Shown: positions 1-9,333 of the stretch, piece after piece | Numbering within the stretch: position 1 is the stretch's first letter | Layout: every line of letters begins with the position of its first letter | Origin: Candidatus Aenigmatarchaeota archaeon | GTDB lineage: Archaea > Aenigmatarchaeota > Aenigmatarchaeia > CG10238-14 > SpSt-28 | Length of the DNA: 54,947 nt | Direction of reading: 5' to 3' | NCBI GenBank assembly: GCA_038997355.1 | Contig: JAWBAC010000004.1 | Coordinates: 1-54,947 of the forward strand | Notes under the pieces: model-generated | Told to the model about the DNA's origin: nothing | Database searches by the model: none | What the model saw: the letters and a program-made list of their open reading frames with translations, nothing else | Made by a program: the position numbers and the translations under genes

Positions 1-132
1 AAAAACAAAAAATATCTTTTTATTTGCAAATCTGGAATTTTAGCTAGGAGTATTGCAGAGAAATTTAAAAAAATGGGATATGAAACTTATTATTTAGATC
101 TTCAAACTGCAAAAAGCTTAAAATACATTTAG
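1..132 (+). CDS. 3' end of a gene with a rhodanese-like C-terminus, possibly ThiI-type tRNA sulfurtransferase (partial)
   Basis: Frame 1 reads KNKKYLFICKSGILARSIAEKFKKMGYETYYLDLQTAKSLKYI*. The C-x-S-G...A......GY pattern is typical of rhodanese domains. Not in the ORF track. Confidence 0.55.
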   Translation, partial: KNKKYLFICKSGILARSIAEKFKKMGYETYYLDLQTAKSLKYI

Positions 133-133
133 A

Positions 134-850
134 TTATTCTACAGTAAAATAAACTCTTTTTCTATCTTTACCTTTATTTTCAACTTTCAATAATTTTATA
201 GTTCCTATTTCTTTTGTGTTTTTTACATGAGGTCCTCCATCAGCTTGAATATCTATTCCTTCGATCTCCACAATTCTTAATTTTTCTACATTTGGTGGCA
301 TTCTGCTTGCAAGCTTTACTATTCCTTCGATTTTTAATGCTTCTTCTCTACTTAACCAATAAACTTTTACTTCTAAACCTCTTTTTGCTATTTCATTAGC
401 TTCATTAATTACTTCCTCAAAAATTCTTTTTGCATTTTCAGAATCTGTATTTAAAGAATAATCATCTTTTGCATATTCGCTAGTAATATTTCCTCCAGTA
501 ACTAATGCTTTATATTTTTGATACATTAAAGCAGATATTATATGAGCTGCAGTATGCAATCTCATTTTTCTATACCTTTTTTCCCAATCAATTTCAGCTT
601 TTATTGTATCGCCAACTTTAAAAATTGGCTCTCTGTTTAATATATGAATTGTTTCTTCATCTTTTTTGGCAGCTGTTACTTCGTATTTTTCATCATTAAA
701 ATAAAAATATCCATTATCAGCTTCTACGCCTCCACTACCATTATGAAATGCTGTTTGATCCAAAATAACTTCTTTATCATTTATTTCTAAAACTTTAGCT
801 TCAAACTCTTTAATGTAACTATCCTCTTGATATAATAGCTTGGTTTTCAT
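134..850 (-). CDS. alaX: AlaX-M trans-editing alanyl-tRNA deacylase
   Basis: LDQTAF..GG N-domain, HTAAH and DGGPH Zn-site motifs, 238 aa. Confidence 0.92.
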   Translation of the reverse strand: MKTKLLYQEDSYIKEFEAKVLEINDKEVILDQTAFHNGSGGVEADNGYFYFNDEKYEVTAAKKDEETIHILNREPIFKVGDTIKAEIDWEKRYRKMRLHTAAHIISALMYQKYKALVTGGNITSEYAKDDYSLNTDSENAKRIFEEVINEANEIAKRGLEVKVYWLSREEALKIEGIVKLASRMPPNVEKLRIVEIEGIDIQADGGPHVKNTKEIGTIKLLKVENKGKDRKRVYFTVE

Positions 851-953
851 AAAATTGAAGTTAGAGAAGTTTTTTATTTATTTTTTAATTAAAAGATTAA
901 ATCTTGTTATTAAGAAAGTTGATAAAAATGTCAGAAAATTAACTAATCAAAGA

Positions 954-2066
954 TCATTCAAATTCACTCCTAATCTTGTTTAAATATAAAATCAAATTAA
1001 GTTTCTTTCTTAACAACTCGTCTGCTTCCTTTACTGCTCTATAGTATTCGGGAAAGCTCATAACATTCAATAATTCACTAATTTTCATGAATTTAACAGA
1101 AGAAAAGAATTTATCAAGAGTTAGTGAATTTGTATCGATATTATCAATAATTACTAAAAAACCTTTGTAAATCCTAATTTCATATCCTTCCCTTAATGGA
1201 AATTGAAATGAAAGTGTTACTGGCAATTCGATAAGATCGTTTGAAGATAATTTTATTCCTATTTCTTCTTTCACTTCTCTTAAAGCAGCATCTCTAAAAC
1301 TTTCACCAACTTCTACACCACCCTTTATGAATTCAAAACCTCTGCCATCGCTTCTTTCAAGCATTAAATATTCGTTAGCCCTATTTTTAATTAAAACAAA
1401 GGCTCCAGGCCTTATTCTTACTATTCTGCTAGGGTAATTTAAATACATTTGCTTAATTTTTGATAATACATTATACAGATCTTCTAAATTGTTAATATTT
1501 AATTTAAAAAATTCTTTTTCAAATTTTTCTTTTATTTGATCAAGATTTGGATTATAATATCCTTTTGTAAAAAAGAGAAACTCCGAAATTACAAGATATA
1601 ACCAGTGATTTAATTTTTTAAACCAATATAATTCTTCATGCAATTTATTATTGTTTGATAAAACATTTTTTATTCTTTGTAAAATACACTGAACTCTCCA
1701 CAAAGCTGAATTAAAATCAGGAAACTTACTAAATTCTTTTAACAAAATGTCTTTACCGTATATATGGATTGAGGAAAAAAGTAAGTTTATAAAATAAAAG
1801 GAATTGAAAGACGCGTGTGCACCATTTTTTATTTCATCTTCAGTTAATATAGTTAAACCGAGAAAACCATATTTTTCTGTAAAGTTTCTTAACCAGTTAA
1901 AATTTACAAAATCTCTATCTAAAACAATAATAATATCTATATCAGAATCTTCTTTGGAATCTAATCTGATGTAACTTCCATAAATATACATTGATGTTGG
2001 TCTAATGTGTTCACTAATTTCTTTTATAATTTTCCTAATACTTTTACCGCTTAGTTTTCTCACCAT
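954..2066 (-). CDS. Pol-beta-type nucleotidyltransferase domain fused to a C-terminal Nudix hydrolase
   Basis: N-terminal YGSY.R......SDIDI (GS...DxD). C-terminal Nudix box GGVEVGESFRDAALREVKEEIG. Confidence 0.8.
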   Translation of the reverse strand: MVRKLSGKSIRKIIKEISEHIRPTSMYIYGSYIRLDSKEDSDIDIIIVLDRDFVNFNWLRNFTEKYGFLGLTILTEDEIKNGAHASFNSFYFINLLFSSIHIYGKDILLKEFSKFPDFNSALWRVQCILQRIKNVLSNNNKLHEELYWFKKLNHWLYLVISEFLFFTKGYYNPNLDQIKEKFEKEFFKLNINNLEDLYNVLSKIKQMYLNYPSRIVRIRPGAFVLIKNRANEYLMLERSDGRGFEFIKGGVEVGESFRDAALREVKEEIGIKLSSNDLIELPVTLSFQFPLREGYEIRIYKGFLVIIDNIDTNSLTLDKFFSSVKFMKISELLNVMSFPEYYRAVKEADELLRKKLNLILYLNKIRSEFE

Positions 2067-2225
2067 TTTATCTAAACAAACCTAGTTTTGTATTTTTCTC
2101 TACTACTGTTTGACATAATAAACTAAGATTAAGAATTGAATTTAAATGATTGGATCACTTTTATTCTATCTTTAAAATATACTTTAAAATATAAAAAAAT
2201 GAGATTTTATAAAAACCTGATTAAA

Positions 2226-2654
2226 TTAATATCTCTCAATAAATGAAATAGAGTTACTAATATTTTTTTGAGTATTATCTATAATTTTTCTCCAACATAC
2301 ATCTATTTCATTCATCAAAAAAATTAGTTGTAATACTCTATCATTTTCCTTTCCTAACTCTGAAGATAGATATTTTTCAAAATTCTTTAAACTTTTTATT
2401 ACATTTTCACATTCCACAAATTTGTATAAATACTTTTCACAATTGTTTTCAGAAAATTCCCTTCTTACTTTATTTATCTCTATTTCCAAACTTTCACATT
2501 TATATAATTTTTCTATGTCTGCTCTTGCTCTATCAGATGGACAATGTTTATATTCATTTATTAAAGTTACAAATTTTGGTAAATATGCAGCACATTGAGA
2601 TAATAAATCCAAATTTCTAAAAGATCTCGATTTCTCAAAATCCATCAATTCCAT
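2226..2654 (-). CDS. hypothetical helical protein
   Basis: 142-aa ORF with ATG start and no recognisable motif. Confidence 0.55.
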   Translation of the reverse strand: MELMDFEKSRSFRNLDLLSQCAAYLPKFVTLINEYKHCPSDRARADIEKLYKCESLEIEINKVRREFSENNCEKYLYKFVECENVIKSLKNFEKYLSSELGKENDRVLQLIFLMNEIDVCWRKIIDNTQKNISNSISFIERY

Positions 2655-2744
2655 AAAATTTTCTTTTTATGTAAAGTATTTATTCATTAAAAAGTACTAA
2701 AAACTGTAGCTATTTCATATAAGGGAAAAGGAAAAATTTCATTA

Positions 2745-2851
2745 AGCCCCGGGAGGGATTTGAACCCTCGACCTCCTGCTCGCTTGTTATCATCTATCTA
2801 GCGAGCAGTGCCTTACAAGGCAGGCGCTCTAACCTGCTGAGCTACCGGGGC
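2745..2851 (-). tRNA. tRNA-Thr(UGU) with a 33-nt anticodon-loop intron
   Basis: Reverse complement: GCCCCGG acceptor stem, CCTGC-CTTGTA[33-nt intron]A-GCAGG anticodon arm, GGTTCAAATCC T-arm. No encoded CCA. Confidence 0.93.
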
Positions 2852-2857
2852 ATTTAT

Positions 2858-3421
2858 TCATAACATATTAATTTTAATCTTTAAAATATTTTCAAGTTTT
2901 TGAATTATTTCTTTAATAAGTTTTGAATCTTCAATTTTTATTAAAAATTCGTAATTTTCATAAAATCCGCTATATGTCATATTGGCACTGGAAAAAAATA
3001 AAATTCTATTATCGAAAATATAAATTTTTGCATGTATAAATTTATCTCTATTAAAAATTATCACTGGAATTATAAATTCATATTTCAAACCAAATTTAAA
3101 CAAAAAGATTAAAGAAAGAAGAAAAAGAATTATAAACAAAAAGTTCGACAACGTTACAATAAAAAACAATAAAGAAAGTATAAGAAATATAGCAAAATAG
3201 AGGGGTTTTATTTTAATCTTTTGTAAATTTCTCAATGCTTTTTGATGATAAAAAGATTTATCATTAGATGTTATTAAAAGGATGTTTTTGTTTTTACTAA
3301 GATTTTTGATATATTCAGAAAGTTTTGAAGATAAAAAAGTTGAAACAATTACTATATTCTTAGAATTTTCAAAATATTTTCTCAAAATTTTTCCGATAGA
3401 TTTTTCAAAATATATATCCAT
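2858..3421 (-). CDS. single-HKD phospholipase D/nuclease-family protein with an internal hydrophobic hairpin
   Basis: HAKIYIFD (HxKxxxxD) and SSANMT motifs, plus about 35 hydrophobic residues mid-protein. Confidence 0.75.
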   Translation of the reverse strand: MDIYFEKSIGKILRKYFENSKNIVIVSTFLSSKLSEYIKNLSKNKNILLITSNDKSFYHQKALRNLQKIKIKPLYFAIFLILSLLFFIVTLSNFLFIILFLLSLIFLFKFGLKYEFIIPVIIFNRDKFIHAKIYIFDNRILFFSSANMTYSGFYENYEFLIKIEDSKLIKEIIQKLENILKIKINML

Positions 3422-3693
3422 TAAAGAGATTTCTTATATTTCTCTTTTAACTCTTTTAATTTTTTAATTAAATTATCTATAGCTATTTTCAATGCCTCTC
3501 TTGCATTAATTCCTTCAGTTTTTATCCAAAGTTTTGGTTGAGTTAATTCTGGATGTTCCCTAATATATGCAGCTTCTATTACTCCCTTAACATTCCAAAG
3601 TTCTTCTCTAAGTAAGTTTGCAAAAGTTTCACTTTCTCCAACTAGCTCTATTAGCAAAACATTATTATCTTCTCTTAATACTTTTACTTCCAT
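3421..3693 (-). CDS. rpoL: RNA polymerase subunit Rpo11 (RpoL)
   Basis: GESETFANLLREEL...AAY..EHP pattern, 90 aa. Confidence 0.92.
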   Translation of the reverse strand: MEVKVLREDNNVLLIELVGESETFANLLREELWNVKGVIEAAYIREHPELTQPKLWIKTEGINAREALKIAIDNLIKKLKELKEKYKKSL

Positions 3694-3718
3694 TTTAAAT
3701 TGTTAGCATTAAAAAAAT

Positions 3719-5764
3719 TTAAATCTTTCCAACAAACCCTGGCTTATGAGATATTAGCTCGCCAGCTAATTTCATTTTGTTTAATATTTCTTCTACATCA
3801 TCTATTCCTTGCTCTTTAGCTCTTTTTATTATTTCTTCTTCAGGTATCATATTTCCAAACACCTTAGCTAATTCATCTATAATACTTCTAACAGTTCTAA
3901 TTTTTCCTCTTTGAGATGCTGTTGTAATTCCTTCATATCTATCGATATCTATAGTTCCGAGCTCAGGATCAAATCCAAATTGCTTTAAGGAATATTTCAT
4001 TAATCTTATAGCTCTTTCAGCATCTTCTTCTGTAACAAACTCGCTTAATCTAACTTTAGCAGAAGCTTCTGCTAATCTTATTAATGCTTCGTATTGTCTT
4101 AAAGTTATAGAAATTGCAGCACTTTCTTTAGATTTTTGCCTAGTTTCTAAATAAAATTCTTCCAATCTTCTTAAAGCTTCTTCAGTCATTTTTGGTTTTA
4201 CATTCTTTCTTGCATAAGAAATGTATTTTTTAATTAACGCAGGCGGTATTACATCTTTGAAACTTTCGGCTGTTTCTAAAAATCTTGTCTTTCTTATGTG
4301 TTCTAAGATTTTTTCATCAATCTCTCTTTGAGCAACATCTCTTAATGCAAATTTTAAATCGAATCTTGTTAATAGAGTTTCTGGAATATCTATTTGTTCT
4401 CTTATCGGTATGTATGGATCGAATCTTCCATATTTTGGATTTCCAGCAGCTAATACAGAAGTTTTAGCTGGTAATGTTGCAACTATGCTTGCTTTTGCAA
4501 TGCTTATGCTTCCTTGTTCCATAGCCTCATGTAAAGCAATTAAATCATCCTTCTTTACTTTTTCAACTTCATCTATACATACAATAGATTTATTTGCCAT
4601 AACAACTGCTCCAGCTTCTAATACCCATCCACCAAGAAATTCCTCATCTCTACTTACAGTAGCAACTAAACCTGCTGCAGTTGCACCGCTACCGCTAACA
4701 TACTTTGCTCTAGGCATTAAATTTGCGACATATTTTAATAGCTGAGATTTTGCAGTTGATGGCTCACCAATCAATAATATGTGAATTTCCCCTCTTATTC
4801 TTGTGCCATCTGGCATTATTTTTTCGTTGCCTCCAAACATTTGAAGCAAAATAGCTTCTTTAACTTCTTCTAAGCCATAAATCGTTGGAGCAATTGAATT
4901 AACTAGTTTCTTATAAATTTCTGGATCCTTAGATAATTCTAAGATCTTTTTTTCATCTTCTTCACTAATTTCGATATCTTCCCATTCAGTTTCTAAAGTT
5001 TCGAAGTTTATCGCATCTATAAAAATTTCCATAGTTCTTCCATAGTTTTTCCTTAATTTTCTTTGTATGTTTTTCAAAATTCCGATAACTTTTATTCTAT
5101 TTCCTGGATCTGTTTTAACTCTTAATTTTGGATCTACTAAATCTTCTTTTAAGTATACCATTATTGTGCTTGGTCTTTCTCCGCTAAGAATTTCGTATGG
5201 CTCTTCTATTACAATCCATCTTGCATCATAGAGCTTTTCCCCAATGATATCAAAAGTTCTTGAACCACAATATGGGCATTTTATTGGTTTTTTCAAGCTT
5301 CTTTCTGTTTGAATTTGAGTTACTAATCTTTTACATTCTATACAAACAAAAATAGCTTCATAAATCTCTGGCCTAACTTCGCTGGCTCTCTTAACAATTC
5401 CATCAACCACAACTAATTTTCCTAAATGTTCGCTTCTTAAACTACTAATTCTTTTTTCTAAATATTTTGGCAAATTATAAAATCTTATTCTTACTTTATC
5501 TTTTAGCTGAGGTTCTAAATCGTATAAAGCATCTTCAAAAATCTTTAAAGTTTCCTCTGGATACTCTATGAATTTTTCAGCAAGAGAAATGTCATATTGC
5601 TCTAACAACGAAAAATCTATTAGTAATCTTCTTTCATCATTCAAAATAATTCTTCCAATTTCTTTTAAATAATATTCTTCAAGAAAATTAGAAAATGCTA
5701 TTTTTATTTCAGCAATCTCTTTTTCTTCTAATCTCTTTAATTCTCTTGTTTGGAGAACTATCAT
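3719..5764 (-). CDS. mcm: MCM replicative helicase
   Basis: CxxC...CxxC Zn finger, GEPSTAKS Walker A, IDE Walker B, TRFD arginine finger, C-terminal winged helix. Confidence 0.97.
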   Translation of the reverse strand: MIVLQTRELKRLEEKEIAEIKIAFSNFLEEYYLKEIGRIILNDERRLLIDFSLLEQYDISLAEKFIEYPEETLKIFEDALYDLEPQLKDKVRIRFYNLPKYLEKRISSLRSEHLGKLVVVDGIVKRASEVRPEIYEAIFVCIECKRLVTQIQTERSLKKPIKCPYCGSRTFDIIGEKLYDARWIVIEEPYEILSGERPSTIMVYLKEDLVDPKLRVKTDPGNRIKVIGILKNIQRKLRKNYGRTMEIFIDAINFETLETEWEDIEISEEDEKKILELSKDPEIYKKLVNSIAPTIYGLEEVKEAILLQMFGGNEKIMPDGTRIRGEIHILLIGEPSTAKSQLLKYVANLMPRAKYVSGSGATAAGLVATVSRDEEFLGGWVLEAGAVVMANKSIVCIDEVEKVKKDDLIALHEAMEQGSISIAKASIVATLPAKTSVLAAGNPKYGRFDPYIPIREQIDIPETLLTRFDLKFALRDVAQREIDEKILEHIRKTRFLETAESFKDVIPPALIKKYISYARKNVKPKMTEEALRRLEEFYLETRQKSKESAAISITLRQYEALIRLAEASAKVRLSEFVTEEDAERAIRLMKYSLKQFGFDPELGTIDIDRYEGITTASQRGKIRTVRSIIDELAKVFGNMIPEEEIIKRAKEQGIDDVEEILNKMKLAGELISHKPGFVGKI

Positions 5765-5812
5765 TAATATTTTTACTTTTGATTTTTTATAAAGATTTCG
5801 ATATTAGTATAA

Positions 5813-6361
5813 TTAGTATGGTGTGAAGCACTCAGAACTTTTTATCTTTTCCATTAATTTTCTTAATTCTCTTACAACTTCTTTATCGTTTTTACCTCCA
5901 GTACAAATAATTTTGCCACTTCTAAAAATTAAAAAAACTAATTTTGGTTCGTTCAATCTGTAAATTAATCCTGGAAATTGTTCTGGCTCGAATTCTGCAC
6001 CTTCTAATTCGTAAGCCAAACAATTTAAATCGATTTCTCCGTTTAACTTTACTGATGCAACAATATTTTCAACATTTTTTTCAACCTTTGAAGTATCTAT
6101 TCCAATAGATTTAAGCATTTTGAAAAACTTATCTATTGCTCTATCTACATCTTCCATTTTTCTATTTCCAGTACAAATTATTTTTCCTGTTTCGAAAATC
6201 AAAAAAGAACATCTTGGATCTTTCATTTTATAAACTAAGCCAGGGAATTGTTCTGGTTCAAACTCTGCTTCTATGAAATTTTCTAGTATCTCATTTAAAG
6301 GAATTTTTTGATGAAACTGCATTGAAACTACTATATTTTCAATAGTTATTTCCTCTGTCAT
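5813..6361 (-). CDS. tbp: TATA-box binding protein
   Basis: Two direct repeats of ENIV.S...EFEPEQFPGL.Y.......LIF..GKIICTG. Confidence 0.97.
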   Translation of the reverse strand: MTEEITIENIVVSMQFHQKIPLNEILENFIEAEFEPEQFPGLVYKMKDPRCSFLIFETGKIICTGNRKMEDVDRAIDKFFKMLKSIGIDTSKVEKNVENIVASVKLNGEIDLNCLAYELEGAEFEPEQFPGLIYRLNEPKLVFLIFRSGKIICTGGKNDKEVVRELRKLMEKIKSSECFTPY

Positions 6362-6379
6362 TAATATTTATTTAAAAAA

Positions 6380-6790
6380 TTAAAAATATAAATTCTCGAT
6401 TTCATTAAGTAGTTCGTTAAGATAATCTAGCGAAATAACAAAAATATCATCTTCGATTATTGGTTGGAAAGTAGAATCTAAAAATATAATAATTCCAAAA
6501 ACTTTTTCAGAAAAGAACTGATATTTTTTGAAGTTTTCAATCTTTTCTTTAAACTTTTCAATCTCTTTCTTTATTCTTTTATATTTTGCATATTCCTTTT
6601 TCCATCGTTTACATTCTATTAATAAAACTCTTTTCTGTTTTTTAGCTATTAGATCAAACTCTTTATAATTCAAGAATTTTAACCTTACGTTTTTCTCAAC
6701 TTTATATTCAAACCTTTCTAAAACTTCAGAAATAAAGTTTTCAAAATATTTCCAATCTTTATTTTCCAAATATTTCTTTAATGCTTCCAT
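6380..6790 (-). CDS. PD-(D/E)XK (Mrr-like) endonuclease domain protein
   Basis: W..FE..I..VL and EFDLIA...LIECKRW. Start moved to ATG 6790 because the longer ORF overlaps rnhB antisense. Confidence 0.75.
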   Translation of the reverse strand: MEALKKYLENKDWKYFENFISEVLERFEYKVEKNVRLKFLNYKEFDLIAKKQKRVLLIECKRWKKEYAKYKRIKKEIEKFKEKIENFKKYQFFSEKVFGIIIFLDSTFQPIIEDDIFVISLDYLNELLNEIENLYF

Positions 6791-6800
6791 AATATATTTA

Positions 6801-7454
6801 ATGAAAGTTGCAGGAATAGATGAAAATGGTAGAGGTTGCATTATTGGGCCGCTAGTTATTACAGCTTTTATTTGTGAAGAAGAAAAAATAGAAGAATTAA
6901 AAAATTTAGGCGTTAAAGATTCTAAAGAATTAAGCAAGGAAAAGAGAGAGAAAATTTTTGGGAAACTTTTCGAAATTGGTTATTATAAACAGAAGATAAT
7001 TAGCGCTGCAGAAATAAACTATTATATGCTAAAGAAGAAAGTTTCTTTAAACAATTTAGAAATAATAAAGATTGCCGAACTTATAAATGAAACGGATGCC
7101 GAAAAATACTATATAGATGCTATTTCTCATCCAAAAAAGTTTTTAGAAAAATTAAAAAAGTATGTAAAAAGAGATGTTGAAATAATTGCAGAAAATAAAA
7201 TGGATAAGAAAAATCTTTTTGTAGCAGCTGCTAGCATCATAGGAAAAGTTACTCGAGATAAAGAAATAGAAAAGATTAAAGAAGAAATAGGAATTGATTT
7301 TGGCAGCGGATATGTTAGCGATGAAAAAACCAAAAAATTCATAGAATATGTTGTAAAAGAGAAAAAGGATTATGATTTTGTAAGAAAAGCTTGGATAACC
7401 TATAAAGAAGAAAGTAATAAAATAAAAACAAAAAGTATCATAGATTTTATATGA
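6801..7454 (+). CDS. rnhB: ribonuclease HII
   Basis: GIDENGRG, GVKDSK, AAASI.GKV.RD, GSGY.SD motifs. Confidence 0.96.
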   Translation: MKVAGIDENGRGCIIGPLVITAFICEEEKIEELKNLGVKDSKELSKEKREKIFGKLFEIGYYKQKIISAAEINYYMLKKKVSLNNLEIIKIAELINETDAEKYYIDAISHPKKFLEKLKKYVKRDVEIIAENKMDKKNLFVAAASIIGKVTRDKEIEKIKEEIGIDFGSGYVSDEKTKKFIEYVVKEKKDYDFVRKAWITYKEESNKIKTKSIIDFI

Positions 7455-7705
7455 AGCTAAAAAAACTTTTAAAAAACAAAAAATTTGAAATATTTTTTTC
7501 TGCATTAGGAATACTAACATCCTTTATAACTTTTGCATTTTATTATAATGATATCATTGGATTAACGATACCCTTTATTCTATTTCTTCTATTTTGCTTT
7601 TATTTTGGAAAACAAAAAAATTTTTTGAAATTCGTTTATGAGTTTTTTATTTATTTTTTTCTCTTTTGGCTTATCTCTCTAACAATTCTAATTAATTTTT
7701 ACTAA
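7451..7705 (+). CDS. small three-TM membrane protein
   Basis: ATGA overlap with rnhB and three hydrophobic segments. Confidence 0.65.
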   Translation: MKLKKLLKNKKFEIFFSALGILTSFITFAFYYNDIIGLTIPFILFLLFCFYFGKQKNFLKFVYEFFIYFFLFWLISLTILINFY

Positions 7706-7709
7706 ATTC

Positions 7710-8159
7710 ATGGACTTATTAACTCATGTCATATCTTCGACACCACTACTATTTCCATTCTTATTTAAAACGAGCAACAAAAATCTATATATCTTGCTTT
7801 TATTCCCTATTTTTAGCATTTTGCCAGATATAGATTATTTAATAGGTATAGAACATAGAGCACTTACTCATTCGCTATTGTTTTTAGTAATTATTATCTT
7901 TACTTCTTTTAGTTTTTGGAAAATTTCGAAAAAGATAGAAATTATAGCTTTACCAATACTATATGCTTTGCATATAATGTTAGATGTTTTTTCTGGAGGC
8001 GTAAAGCTTTTTTATCCTTTTTCTACTACAACAATTAGTTTTGAAAGAGAAATAACATATTATTTTTTCTTTACAACAACTAAGATAGATTTATTGATAG
8101 TTTTTTATGCTTCTTATGTATTTCTATGGATAATTGTATTTTCGAGAATTTTAAAGTAG
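7710..8159 (+). CDS. membrane-bound metal-dependent hydrolase (YbcI-like)
   Basis: TH, LPDID, HRALTHS, H..LD and LFYPF motifs. Confidence 0.85.
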   Translation: MDLLTHVISSTPLLFPFLFKTSNKNLYILLLFPIFSILPDIDYLIGIEHRALTHSLLFLVIIIFTSFSFWKISKKIEIIALPILYALHIMLDVFSGGVKLFYPFSTTTISFEREITYYFFFTTTKIDLLIVFYASYVFLWIIVFSRILK

Positions 8160-8696
8160 AGGATTGCCAACAATAATTTTATACTCATCTTTATCATCTA
8201 ATTCTTCTAATATTCTTTCTTTTATCATTTTTTTAGGATCCATTAAGAATTTTATTCTATTTTTCAAATCTTCAAAACTTTCAAAGGGCTTGATCTTTCT
8301 TTCTTTTAAAATTTCTTCTAAATGTTTTTTTCCTATTCCTCTAAATAGTTCTAATGCATGCAATTTAGGAGTTATAGGACCTGCAATATTAAAAATTTTT
8401 ACTAATCTTTTTTCATTCTGATCTATAAGCATATCTAAAACTTCTTCTAATGTAGATTTAGCAATTGAAGATAATTCACTATATTTAATCCTTTTAACTA
8501 TTCTTTGAACTTTATCTCTTAATCCGCTACCAATATAAACTCTTTCTTTTATCTCAACCTTAGTATTTGGTTTTAAAGTTACTTCTAGCAAATTGAAATA
8601 TTTCTCTCCAATACCATGTGCAGTAGGTACTTTAAATGGACTTTCTGGTTTTCCGGTTGGAAAATAATCTATTATTATTATGTATTCGTCTTTCAT
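8151..8696 (-). CDS. DUF655 family nucleic-acid-binding protein
   Basis: YIG.G.RDKV, LHALEL..GIGKK, PFESFEDL. Conserved archaeal rpl21e-rpoF-DUF655 context. Confidence 0.88.
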   Translation of the reverse strand: MKDEYIIIIDYFPTGKPESPFKVPTAHGIGEKYFNLLEVTLKPNTKVEIKERVYIGSGLRDKVQRIVKRIKYSELSSIAKSTLEEVLDMLIDQNEKRLVKIFNIAGPITPKLHALELFRGIGKKHLEEILKERKIKPFESFEDLKNRIKFLMDPKKMIKERILEELDDKDEYKIIVGNPLL

Positions 8697-8709
8697 AGGT
8701 TTAGAAAGT

Positions 8710-9024
8710 TTATAAATTATTTATTATTTCTACTATCTTCTTTTGTTTATCCTCGCTTATTAGTTTTATGTTTTTTCCGAAAAGTATGTTTAGATCTTCT
8801 ATACTTTGCGGCAAGTAATCTAAAATAAGGTTTATTTCAAAAGAGTTTAATCCAAGTTCTTTTAGTTGCTTTCTAGCTTCTTCTATTTTTTCTACGCTAA
8901 TTTCTTTCTTCATCGACATTTTAATGTTCTCAGATATAGAGTTCAAAAGAGGATTATTTACATCTTCCTTAATAATTTCTAAAACTTCGTATTTAGTTAG
9001 GTACTTTTCGTTTAAAATTTCCAT
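8710..9024 (-). CDS. rpoF: RNA polymerase subunit Rpo4 (RpoF)
   Basis: ILNEKYLT..EV N-terminus, I.D.LP....L helical C-terminus, and position between rpl21e and DUF655. Confidence 0.8.
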   Translation of the reverse strand: MEILNEKYLTKYEVLEIIKEDVNNPLLNSISENIKMSMKKEISVEKIEEARKQLKELGLNSFEINLILDYLPQSIEDLNILFGKNIKLISEDKQKKIVEIINNL

Positions 9025-9029
9025 TTTAA

Positions 9030-9296
9030 TTATATTTTCCTTAGATGTTGAGGTGCAACAATTAGAGTTTTCTCTCTAAAAACATCTTTAACCTTAACTA
9101 AGTAACATCTACCTCTTTTACCTATTATTTCACCAACTTTTCCTTGAAATCTATGATGTGGCATACCTTCTTGGCTAGCTGGATAAATGTCTATTATAAC
9201 CCTATCACCCTCTTTAAATTCCTTGAAAAAAATAGAAATACCCTTTCTATGATATCCTAATTTTAATTTTTGTCTAGATTTACTACCCTTAACCAT
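9030..9296 (-). CDS. rpl21e: 50S ribosomal protein eL21
   Basis: GMPHHRFQGKVG...RGRCY...K.LIV.PQHL. The true start is most likely ATG 9296. Confidence 0.95.
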   Translation of the reverse strand: MVKGSKSRQKLKLGYHRKGISIFFKEFKEGDRVIIDIYPASQEGMPHHRFQGKVGEIIGKRGRCYLVKVKDVFREKTLIVAPQHLRKI

Positions 9297-9333
9297 ATAT
9301 AATTTTTGTTTAGCAAAATTTAAATTTTTATTT

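Noticed and set aside
3719-5764. Possible inteins in MCM (and in aIF5B)
   Set aside because: Lengths are normal and motifs are contiguous, with no intein signature.
6791-6937. N-terminal extensions in the ORF track (also 9297-9500, 29157-29240, 39866-40066, 48134-48220)
   Set aside because: They overlap divergent genes or spacers. Family similarity begins at the downstream ATG.
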